DNA of 18,172 nt, taken from a virus. The notes under the pieces are model-generated. The model was not told the DNA's origin. It saw only the letters and a list, made by a program, of their open reading frames with translations, and made no database searches. The position numbers and the translations under genes are program-made. Below are positions 8,320-17,005 of this stretch, one piece after another. The first letter of the stretch is position 1. Each line of letters begins with the position of its first letter. Location: positions 1-18,172 of IMG/VR virus record IMGVR_UViG_3300028591_000955; one strand, written 5' to 3'.

Positions 8320-9957
8320 TTATTCCTCCTGTGCCGTAGCTACAAGATTTCCAGAAGTATCTACTGTGATTTCATACACTTTTCCATTCGCATCTTTTAA
8401 GTATAAAGCAGTTGCGGCATTGGCTTGTGTGGTCGGAATTTCAGATTTAAGTGCATAATTATTCCTAATGTATAACAAGTCTGCACCTACGGTAGACGCT
8501 GCACCTGTAACACTTTGGTTTGTTTTAACAGATAATCCTTCTGCACTTATTGGAACGCCTAGTTCAGTATTTACTGATGCATTATTTAATGTATAATCAT
8601 CCTTATTAAATGAAATAACTAATCTTGGAAGTATGCTTTTACCACTCGTATTTGCAAAACTATCGCTCTCATATATTAATTGATGAGCAGCATTTGTTGT
8701 TCTCTGCATTTTTAGTTGTCAATAGTTAATTTTACTTCCATAATTATTATACTTAACTACTGGATAAATAAATCCATTAGATAAAGCTGTCCCCATATCA
8801 GCTAATCCAGTAGCATCTAACGAACTAATTGTATATAATTCATCAGTCCATGTATAACTGCCGCTACCTCCGCCAACTGCGGCAGTCGTCCATTCAACAC
8901 CTGTTTCATCAGATTTTACCCCAAGAACTTTACCCGCATCGCCAGAAGAAATAACTGGTAATTCTGCTTCGGGAATATCTGTTAATTTAGCATATTCTGT
9001 TTTAATAACTTCAAAATTATCATCTAAATATACAACATCAGGTGCTAATTTTCAACTATTCCCAACTTTAATATTTGATAAAGTTGCTTGGGAATACCAA
9101 ACAAAGTTCATAACACCATCTGGTTGCCACTCACCGTTAACAAGTGTGGCCCCCATTGATAACACTCCTCGCCGATTATCGGTCCCGTCAAAATATGCGT
9201 GGTAAACACGATTATAGCTATCATAATGACTTTCAATTAAAGAATAATGGTAGACGGTCGCCCCAGTGTTATATCATAAAATACAAGGATAATTTTCTGC
9301 TCCATATATTAAAACATTATATAAATAATCTTTATCTTCATCATCCAAATCTTGAATGCTAAAAAAACTGGTAGCCCCCTGAATTAAACGAGGTTTTTTG
9401 ATAGATACAATATTGTCGGTAATGTTAATACCTTCACCAGCCTCATAAGTTTCTCCACTGCTTTCTGGGATAACTGGTTTATCAACTAAATCATTATAAC
9501 TTCCAGTAGTAGCAACAGTTGCTAATTCCGGCATCTCTGGTAAATCATTACTTGTAATATAGCCAGCATCGTTATTAAAAGCCGAAACATTTGTAGGGAC
9601 GGTCGGAACGATAGGAATGTCTCTCTTTGTAGCAACCACTGTATCATCAATACTGACAACATCATTAGTAATATCAATACCTATTCCTGCGGTTAATGTA
9701 TTCCCAGAAGGCGAAACTGTTCCTTGCGGGTTAATCCAAACATTAACATTCTCATCTGACGGCTCCTCTGTTCCGACATACACACCAGATACCCCAGGTT
9801 CGCCATCCCGTCCTTGTAATTGGTCTAATTGTTCTTCTGTGAAATCTTCAAAAGTAAATGCGTCTCCCTTATCGCCTTTTGGTCCCTTTAAGACATTCAT
9901 TAAAGACGCAGTGATTTCAGGAGTTTCCATTTTTACTTTAATTTCAGGAGTTTCCAT
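8320..9957 (-). CDS. Fibre protein with short collagen-like G-X-Y runs (545 aa), three in-frame TGA
   Basis: Track ORFs 9274..9957 and 8320..8709 are in the same frame. I hand-translated 8710-9273 and found only TGA at 9274, 9052 and 8719. Motifs include GPKGDKGD, GRDGEPG, TAGIGIDITNDVVSI and IPIVPTVPTNVSAFNNDAGYITSNDLP. Stop is TAA at 8320-8322. Confidence 0.75.
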
Positions 9958-10286
9958 TAGTATTTAACGCCTCCTAAAATCTTAAATCTTGCGGGACCAA
10001 TTACAGTATCCACACGGTCTTCACCGGTATCAACTTGAATATCATATAAATAATTTCCAGGAGCTAAATCAGTATCTTCTTTGGATAAGTGTATTAACGC
10101 TTTATTTTCTACGAACTCTGTAATTGCTTTACTAATTAAAGGTCGTTCTTTTTCTAATTCATTATTTACAGTAAAATAAAGAACTGTCTCTGCGGTAATA
10201 TCATAATTTTCCAAAGAAACTAAAAGATCTCCTGTATCTTTTGCTATCATAGAAAGCATTTGTGTATCTTCTTCGTATTTTAACAT
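9957..10286 (-). CDS. Small structural protein, possibly Ig-like/fibre-anchoring (109 aa)
   Basis: Track ORF 9957..10328 trimmed to the ATG at 10284-10286, which follows GGAGGG. The ending ...LAPGNYLYDIQVDTGEDRVDTVIGPARFKILGGV is a beta-rich motif. Function is unassigned. Confidence 0.45.
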   Translation of the reverse strand: MLKYEEDTQMLSMIAKDTGDLLVSLENYDITAETVLYFTVNNELEKERPLISKAITEFVENKALIHLSKEDTDLAPGNYLYDIQVDTGEDRVDTVIGPARFKILGGVKY

Positions 10287-10294
10287 ATGCCCTC

Positions 10295-10597
10295 CTATTC
10301 CGCAGTTTCCATTAAAGTAGAAAACCATTCGTTTCCCATTTTAACTTGCTGAACTACACGATATAATTTATCTTGAAACTTATATCGTGCTAAATAATTT
10401 TCATCTAATTTATAATCCGTTGTCGTAGTAAGCTGCTGATATCTAACAAGTCCAGCTCCGTCGACAATACCAGTAATCGCAGAAATTGACACATTCGCAG
10501 GAATAATTTCAAGTGCCTCTTTCTCTACTGGTGTTCCGCCTTCGTCATCTTCGCCAAGGATTAAAAGAATGCGTTGGATTTGATCTCTTTTTACCAT
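10295..10597 (-). CDS. Head closure / head-tail adaptor-like protein (100 aa)
   Basis: Intact ORF immediately downstream of the gp6-like connector gene. Size and position fit a head-closure protein. No strong motif recognised. Confidence 0.4.
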   Translation of the reverse strand: MVKRDQIQRILLILGEDDEGGTPVEKEALEIIPANVSISAITGIVDGAGLVRYQQLTTTTDYKLDENYLARYKFQDKLYRVVQQVKMGNEWFSTLMETAE

Positions 10598-10599
10598 AA

Positions 10600-10896
10600 C
10601 TACACCGTTTTAACCTTTCTAAACTTGTTTAACATCTTTCTAATTTTATCACTATAAAAACTTTCGTAGGAAGCTCCTACACCAGACCCTCTCTGGCTGG
10701 TTAAGTTTTCGCTACCTAAACGATTAAAACGCTCAATAACCATTTCAATAACAATAAAATCAAGTTTATTATCATATTCTTCAAGATTACAATAAATATA
10801 TGCTTGCTGCTTACAAATACTAATTAAAGTGTTTAATGTTTTATCAACAGTAGGATCATCCATTTTGTTTAATAAAAGTTTAATTTTTTCTAACAT
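10600..10896 (-). CDS. gp6-like head-tail connector protein (98 aa)
   Basis: Intact ORF with AAGGAG upstream. It is the first gene after the capsid terminator. The N-terminal pattern (LLLN...DD...D..L..LI..A...I..YC) is typical of gp6-like connectors (recollection). Confidence 0.55.
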   Translation of the reverse strand: MLEKIKLLLNKMDDPTVDKTLNTLISICKQQAYIYCNLEEYDNKLDFIVIEMVIERFNRLGSENLTSQRGSGVGASYESFYSDKIRKMLNKFRKVKTV

Positions 10897-10913
10897 TTAT
10901 TGTGCTCCTTTAC

Positions 10914-10955
10914 TGTAAAAAAATAAGGCTTGCCTGCCATTAGACAAGCAAGCCT
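10914..10955 (-). terminator. Rho-independent terminator after the major capsid gene
   Basis: On the minus strand AGGCTTGC (10955-10948) pairs with GCAAGCCT (10933-10926), with extra inner pairs, and is followed by TTATTTTTTT. Confidence 0.75.
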
Positions 10956-10961
10956 ATAAAA

Positions 10962-11747
10962 TTATTCTTTTGTAATCTTAATAACACGAGTTGCGTCTGT
11001 GAGAGCAACAAGGGCAACCTTACGAGTGTAAACAGTATTCTTACGAATGTTAGCATCTCTTTCAGGTTCAACCTCAACACCCTTCTTAATAAAGCAAGTA
11101 GTAGCCTGCTTTGTGAATAAGAAAGCGGTGTCTTCTGGAACGGCCTTTGAAACTACAACAGGAACGCCGCAAACAGAACCAATATAGCCAGTGCGGACAT
11201 TGGCTTCAACATAAGAAAGGTCATCTTTAAGAGCCTTTCTGAACTCTGCCTTTTCTGCTGGGTTAATAAGAAGTGTTAAGCCTTCTTCTTCTTCATAAGG
11301 ATACTTCGCGATAGCATCAACTACTGCGTCATAACTCCAATCTGAAACTGAAAGTGTAAGAGTAGCCTTACCAAGTTCAGCAATAACCTTATCTGTAAGG
11401 TCATTAACCATTGCTTCGGAAATAGCCATCATACCTCTATCAACTACGATAGGATCTGTCATTTCCTGCTCGTCAAACCAAGCAAACTTACCCTGGGTTG
11501 TGCCAACATCGTATTCTTTTGGTGTAAAACTAACTTCAAACTCTTTTGTGTTGCCCTGACCCATTGCTAACTCTTCAAGTTCGCCACTGGCTGTGTAAGT
11601 GTTAATAATTTTCTTCATTCCAGGATTTTCAGTAAGACTGTAATCTGCTGTAATGAAACTATTCATATCAATTTTTGTCTTTAAAAGACTTTCAAGTTTA
11701 TTTTCTAATACAAAGTTTTCATAAATTGTATGTGGTGATACTGCCAT
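10962..11747 (-). CDS. Major capsid protein (HK97 fold, 261 aa)
   Basis: Intact ORF with GGAGG upstream, positioned after the scaffold gene and followed by a strong terminator. Codon usage is visibly more GC-rich than in neighbouring genes. No TGA; both Trp codons are TGG. Confidence 0.8.
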   Translation of the reverse strand: MAVSPHTIYENFVLENKLESLLKTKIDMNSFITADYSLTENPGMKKIINTYTASGELEELAMGQGNTKEFEVSFTPKEYDVGTTQGKFAWFDEQEMTDPIVVDRGMMAISEAMVNDLTDKVIAELGKATLTLSVSDWSYDAVVDAIAKYPYEEEEGLTLLINPAEKAEFRKALKDDLSYVEANVRTGYIGSVCGVPVVVSKAVPEDTAFLFTKQATTCFIKKGVEVEPERDANIRKNTVYTRKVALVALTDATRVIKITKE

Positions 11748-11767
11748 AAAATAATTCCTCCTAATTT

Positions 11768-12346
11768 TTATTGAATAAACGATTTATACAATTCTGGATT
11801 AGTCCGGTATAGCTCCGCCTGCTGGGCGATAGTCATTTTGTTAAACTCTTCTTTTGTTAAACCAGTCTGTTTTACCGAACTGCTCTTTGGCGTAGGAGAC
11901 GCAACTTTCTGTGCTACCGCATCTGCGACAGCTGCCTTAAACGCTTTTTCAAAAGTGTTTATATTGTTTAACATTGTTTCCGCGTCTTCCGCTACGATAT
12001 AATCTACAAACTCTATCGGGAGACCTCTATTAGACATAACTTTCGTTGCTTCTAACTTGTTTTGAGCGATAGCGAACTCTTTTTCTTTCGCTTCAAGTTC
12101 TTGAAGTCGCTTGTCATATTCATAATCTTTACGCTGATTTTCATCCATCGCTCTTAATTTTTCGGCCTCTGCGGTCTTCGCTTCAAACTCTTTCTGTTGC
12201 TTTTTTAACGCACTTGAAACTCTCCGGTCGCCTTCGGCTTGTAATAGAGCCTGGACTTCTTCTTCGGTATAAGTTTTCGGTGCGGCATCCCCTGTTTCAG
12301 TTGGTGCTCCAACAGAACCCTTTTCCGTTTCTTTATTTTCAATCAT
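11768..12346 (-). CDS. Capsid scaffolding protein (DUF4355-like, 192 aa)
   Basis: Track ORF 11768..12373 trimmed to the ATG at 12344-12346, which follows AAGGA. The sequence is charged and helical (EEEVQALLQAEGDRRVSSALKKQQKEFEAKTAEAEKLR...) and lies directly upstream of the MCP. Confidence 0.7.
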   Translation of the reverse strand: MIENKETEKGSVGAPTETGDAAPKTYTEEEVQALLQAEGDRRVSSALKKQQKEFEAKTAEAEKLRAMDENQRKDYEYDKRLQELEAKEKEFAIAQNKLEATKVMSNRGLPIEFVDYIVAEDAETMLNNINTFEKAFKAAVADAVAQKVASPTPKSSSVKQTGLTKEEFNKMTIAQQAELYRTNPELYKSFIQ

Positions 12347-12449
12347 AAAAATATCCTTTCTAACTGCCCTCAATAGAGTTCAGTTTAGGGTTTCTCCCTC
12401 TTATACATATAATAATTCTTTTTTTTTAATAGAACAAAATCGCCCAATT

Positions 12450-13346
12450 TTATTCATCAAAGTCTTCAACTTCGCTAATTTCTACTTCTTCTGTATATGC
12501 CACAAAAGAACAAGCACAATTTGGATGGTAGGGAGGAAGATCAATTCCAATAGCGGCATCTTTAATTGGAACCGGGTCTCCATCTACATAATCTAAACAA
12601 ATACCGCCACATTCCGCATCACCAACAATTTCAACAAACTCAACACCTTCTGTAATCATTCGTTCTTTTGCGGCTTCTGAAAACATAGCCATTGTTTCTG
12701 TTTTTATAAGTCTGGCTGCGGCATAAGCGGTAGAGCCTGTTAACTTTCTCCAAGCCTGGACCATTCAATCATAGCCCTTACCCTTTTCAATGCCCTGCTC
12801 TAATACATAACTTAATTTATCTCTAAAATTAGCGACATTCGCATACATTCTTTCAGAATAAATCTTTCCATCAGAACATCAAGGTATTTCAATATAATGT
12901 TCTGTAATATATGTATCTGTAATTTGAACTGGTGGAAACTCTGGATTTATCACAGGAAAATGATAAATCTCGCCAATTTGCTGATACGTTTTTTGATATG
13001 TATCAATCATATTCTCTTTTATGACATTACAAGCAATCCAGAAATATTCAGTAAAACGTCTCCACTCTTTTTCTTCAATTTCTTTTAATGCCATATAAGT
13101 CTTTGGGTGGTTGTATAATTTTATCTTTTCCTGCGGAACCAGAACCCCATCTTTTTCCAATTTTTTCAATTCTTTAATACATTCTTTGAAAGTTTCTTCG
13201 CTGATGTCATTTAAATATCTTTCTAATTTATTATCATTTTTATACGCATCAGCCAAGAGTTCAAGAACCAACGCCACAGTCAATTCTTCATACTCGTTAT
13301 GTATATGCGGCAAACGCTTGAAGTAGTATCTATCAAATCTACTCAT
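12450..13346 (-). CDS. Minor head protein, SPP1 gp7 / Mu F-like (298 aa), two in-frame TGA
   Basis: Track ORFs 12879..13346 and 12450..12764 are in the same frame. The gap translates as [W]CSDGKIYSERMYANVANFRDKLSYVLEQGIEKGKGYD[W]M..., with TGA at 12879 and 12765. The C-terminal signature is ARLIKTE...DAECGGICLDYVDG...PPYHPNCACS. Confidence 0.85.
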
Positions 13347-14694
13347 TATCTGCTTCTACCTTATTTAAATGATAGTTCTCTTGATACAAAGAGAGTGTAT
13401 CATTATAAAAAGGGCTCTTTTGTTTCATTTCTTCTACTCTGCGGATTTCTTCTTGTGGGTCTTCCACGAAAGGAAGTTGTGATAGTAATGTCTCCGCACT
13501 AACAATACCGTCTAATTTTTCAACCATATTTGCTAAATCAACCTCATTAGCTGGCAAGTTTCTCTTAAAGTGAATATCAATTGAACGTCAATCGAAACCA
13601 TCTCCAAGAATAGCATTCATTTGAGCGATTAACTCAAATCTCTGTTGTAATCCCCTCTTAAACTTACGCTCTTTAATAGATACAAGGTTCTCTGTTCCCA
13701 AAGTCTTATACTCGATAGCAATACCAGAAGTATTCCCAGCAAAATTATCATCTGTTAAGTTCGGGCATTTTGCGAACTTATGAATGTCCTGGTCTAATCT
13801 AATCTTCTGATTTTCTATATTTGTATCACTGGCATTTTTAATAAGCCATTCCGCATTCGTCCCCTCATCCATAAGAAGGACACGATTTTCTTTCATTTGT
13901 TTAATATCTTCTGCGTCCGCAGTGAAACCATATAAGCACAAATAGGCGTCAGCGGCATATTCAAAATCATTTAAACTATCGCTTTCCATCTTATCATACG
14001 CATCAATAAGCGAAATAACAGGCTCAAAATCACCAATTTCTTCATTGTTATTTTTATAAATGGCTACTGGAACCATACCGAAGTAATGATTATAACTTTC
14101 AATAAATCTTAATGAAGTATTACCAGTTGTATTAGTTTTATAGATAGTATGACTTGTATCTGTGATAACTTCAATTACAGTTTCTACCTTATCAGTTGTA
14201 ATATCATAATCATCATAATACCTAATAAAAGCCAAAAGCGAATGTTCTACTGTCTTATCAAAAATTGGAATACCTTCTTTTGGCGAAATAGTAGTAAATC
14301 TAATCATTTTATCTTCTTCACCAAAATATAATAACTCAAAACCGACACCAAAAATACTACAATTCTTTGCCAATTCAGTATTTTCATCAGCCTCATCGTT
14401 ATATTCCAAAATCATTTGTAATTCTTTTAATTTTTCCTCATCATTAGAACTATATGAAATCGGTTCACCAACGAAATAACCTACCAAAGTATCTGTAATA
14501 TAACTGGCATAAGCATTTGCCACTTTGTTATTAGGTTTTGTTGGGTCAGACATTTGTCTACGATTTATATCATTATCAGTATGATAATAACGTTCTAACT
14601 TCAATAAACGAGGTAGCACAGATGATTTATGCTTTTCAACGATACGCAATATCGTTTTTTCATCTAATTCATCTACATTATTTAATGTAATCAC
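13339..14694 (-). CDS. Portal protein, SPP1 gp6 family (451 aa), one in-frame TGA
   Basis: GTG at 14692-14694 follows GGAGG. Track ORFs 13588..14694 and 13339..13557 join in frame through TGA 13588-13590 (...GDGFD[W]RSIDIHFKRNLPANE...). Stop is TAG at 13339-13341. Confidence 0.9.
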
Positions 14695-14704
14695 ACTATA
14701 CCTC

Positions 14705-15943
14705 CTATAACAACAAATCTTTCTTTATAGATTGTAATTGCGGTTTTGCCTCTACGCACTGAATAGAATAACGCAACGCATCCAAATAGTGGTTCCATAA
14801 ATCAACTGGTTCGTTGATATATTCATTAGTTTGTCGGTCTCTTTTTCACGAATAATTTTGTAATTCTTCAATCAAAGCCTCACAAGACGGATGAATAATC
14901 AATTCATACTGTTGAAGTTTTTGAATACCTTGTAAAATACTACCTTTTCCTTTCGCACACGGAAATATCCTACGAATACCAGCACGTTTTATTTCATCAA
15001 TACTCTTGTTCTCCGCACTATCAGCACAAATAAGGCTTTTAGCAAAACCCATCTCTTTTATATTTTTAGCAATCTCATCATTCAAATAACCAGTTCCGCC
15101 CCATTCTTTAAATACATATATACGCTGTTCTTCTGGAACCAACAGGGCTGCGACAAAAGCAGAAGGATCATTAGTATAACCAAAGTCTAATCCGCACATA
15201 AGCTGGCCTTTAATCTTATCAGCATCAAAATCCACTATCTGCCAGTTATTATAAATCAATTTTTCTAATGAACCAAACTCGCCAAGACAATAAATCTTAT
15301 AATATGCTGGGTTTGTTTTTTCCAAAAGAAGCAATGTATCCACATAAGTTTGCGGCAAATGCGGGTTATCTAAATAATTTGTTTTAATTATTCTACATTT
15401 TTTCAAAAACTCTTTATCTGCTTCCGGTGAAAAAAAGTTTTTGAAACATCAATTCGCTTTTGACACAGGGTTGAAAGAAAGAATTAGCATCTGGTCTTTC
15501 GCTGTTTCGTGTCTAATACGCAAGTCAATCTGCGAAAAATCATCAACAGAAAACTCTGTCGCTTCTTCAAGCCACGCATCAGTTAAACCAGTAATTGATT
15601 TTATTTTTTCAGGATCATCAAGTCCAGCAAATAAAAAAGAACTGCCATTATACAATTCAATTGTAAAGTCAGTTCTATTTATTTTACAATAAGGTAATAA
15701 TTTTCAAGAAGATAATATATCCAAAAGCAATTGAAATACCGACCTCTTTATAGTATTACCTACTTTTCGTAATACTAAAATCTTCCTCTTACTTTTTAAC
15801 GCCTTAATAATTAAGTATTCTGCGGCAAAAAAACTCTTTCCTGAGCCTGCTCCTCCATACAACACTAAATAACGAGGCAACTCTTCTTTTAGCAACGGAT
15901 AGTAAACTGGATTGAAGACATTTTTATTAAAACGGATTTCCAT
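14705..15943 (-). CDS. terL: Terminase large subunit (PBSX/Terminase_3-like, 412 aa), three in-frame TGA
   Basis: Track ORFs 15704..15943, 15449..15655 and 14846..15406, plus a hand-translated tail (14705-14845), form a single frame. Walker A is YGGAGSGKS. TGA at 15704 (..ILSS[W]KLL..), 15449 (..NPVSKAN[W]CFKNFF..) and 14846 (..LQNYS[W]KRD..). Stop is TAG at 14705-14707. Confidence 0.95.
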
Positions 15944-16200
15944 TATAAAAATAAAACGTTTCCGTGCTGAACCAAGAGCATTCTTAATAAATACGATGTT
16001 CTTAAATCAAGATCTTTCATAACCTCAATTAACTTCGTTAATTCTTCTTGATCGTTAGTTGTCGGCATCTTGATAGAACGCATCTTAATTAAGGCTTGGT
16101 TAAATGCTGTTGCCGCATTCGCCGCCTCTTGGTAAGCATCTTCTACTTCTTTCATCTTTGCGTCAAAATCAATGACACCCTTTTTTTCAGTATCTGCCAT
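15943..16200 (-). CDS. Hypothetical 85-aa helical protein between terS and terL
   Basis: Intact ORF coupled by TAATG overlaps to both terS and terL. No recognisable motif. Confidence 0.5.
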   Translation of the reverse strand: MADTEKKGVIDFDAKMKEVEDAYQEAANAATAFNQALIKMRSIKMPTTNDQEELTKLIEVMKDLDLRTSYLLRMLLVQHGNVLFL

Positions 16201-16583
16201 TATAAGTCCTCCTCATTATCATTAAACGATATATCAATCGTATAGTTCATTTTATTTGCTTCAAGTCCAATAGACTTCGCCAATAATTCTAATGCTTTTA
16301 ACTTTGCGGAAGTATTATAAATAGGATCTCCCTTTTCCGCAAAAGCAATCTCGCTTAATTCTTGCGTAATACGCTTACTATCTATATTTATACTTTCATA
16401 TATTTCGTCTCTTCGCTGTGCGATATATTCTGCGATTTCGGGTTTCTTTAAGAGGGTATATGGATAAGATGGTTGTTTATTTCTACTATCTGCTCCAAAA
16501 GCCTCATAATACGCCTTGCGGGCGTTAAATCCATTTGAAATATATTTTTCCGCAAAGAGTTTCTGTTTTTGCGTCATTGCCAT
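16200..16583 (-). CDS. terS: Terminase small subunit (Terminase_2-like, 127 aa)
   Basis: Intact ORF with GGAGGGG upstream. The N-terminus MTQKQKLFAEKYISNGFNARKAYYEAF is the classic terS helix-turn-helix opening. Confidence 0.85.
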   Translation of the reverse strand: MAMTQKQKLFAEKYISNGFNARKAYYEAFGADSRNKQPSYPYTLLKKPEIAEYIAQRRDEIYESINIDSKRITQELSEIAFAEKGDPIYNTSAKLKALELLAKSIGLEANKMNYTIDISFNDNEEDL

Positions 16584-16596
16584 AATTCCCCTCCTA

Positions 16597-16620
16597 TAAA
16601 AAAACCGCTTTTAGCGGTTT
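16597..16620 (-). terminator. Intrinsic terminator immediately upstream of terS
   Basis: On the minus strand AAACCGCU (16620-16613) pairs with AGCGGUUU (16609-16602) across a 3-nt loop, followed by UUUUAU. It lies between the stop at 16619 and the terS ribosome-binding site. The stem is short, so strength is uncertain. Confidence 0.5.
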
Positions 16621-16780
16621 AAAATGAACCCCAGACCCAAGACGGTCTATCCATATCCATAGCGTCCCAATCTATCATCTCTGGGGTATAAACTTCCCCT
16701 GTTTCTATATCTTGCCAAAGGGGAACAACGTCTCTTTCTTGGACTTCTCCATCGTCCCCAATTACCATAATTTTAATCAT
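16619..16780 (-). CDS. Hypothetical 53-aa hyper-acidic, Trp-rich protein
   Basis: ATG at 16778-16780 follows AAGGAA. Translation: MIKIMVIGDDGEVQERDVVPLWQDIETGEVYTPEMIDWDAMDMDRPSWVWGSF, ending in TAA at 16619-16621. All four Trp codons are TGG. Own translation (below the track cut-off). Confidence 0.45.
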   Translation of the reverse strand: MIKIMVIGDDGEVQERDVVPLWQDIETGEVYTPEMIDWDAMDMDRPSWVWGSF

Positions 16781-16789
16781 AACTATTCC

Positions 16790-16972
16790 TTACCACTTAT
16801 GTTCTTCAAGCCATTCGTCTAATTCTTGCTTAATATTGAAGATTAAACTTGCTGTTTTATATTCTAAACTCTCATCTCCAATATCATCCCAGTAGTTAAG
16901 AAGCAATTCATCAATTTGCGGTTCTGGCATATTGCCTGACATAATCTGATTTAATAGTGTCATATTTTTCAT
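16790..16972 (-). CDS. Hypothetical ~57-60 aa hyper-acidic protein
   Basis: Intact track ORF. AAGGAG lies only 1 nt from the first ATG (16972), so the ATG at 16963 is the more likely start. About 13 Asp/Glu versus 4 Lys. All three Trp codons are TGG. Confidence 0.5.
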   Translation of the reverse strand: MKNMTLLNQIMSGNMPEPQIDELLLNYWDDIGDESLEYKTASLIFNIKQELDEWLEEHKW

Positions 16973-17005
16973 ACTCCTTATTCTTTTTCCTTACCTTACA
17001 TATAT

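Noticed and set aside
12409-12437. Possible internal promoter TTGTTC-17-TATTAT (minus strand) in the MuF-scaffold intergenic region
   Set aside because: It matches 4/6 and 5/6 positions in very AT-rich DNA, where such matches arise by chance. Noted, but not strong enough to call.
1-15943. Fragmented ORFs could mean a decayed, pseudogenised prophage
   Set aside because: All 23 interruptions are TGA. None is TAA or TAG, none needs a frameshift, and all fragments stay in frame and keep family motifs on both sides of the break. Random decay would not give this pattern.
1-15943. In-frame TGA read as selenocysteine or as Gly (table 25)
   Set aside because: There are too many sites (23 in 10 unrelated structural genes) with no recurring downstream hairpin resembling a SECIS element. 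The sites I can judge sit where homologues carry aromatic Trp (terL N[W], Y.[W]; major tail KS[W]), not Gly or Cys. Final proof needs alignments.
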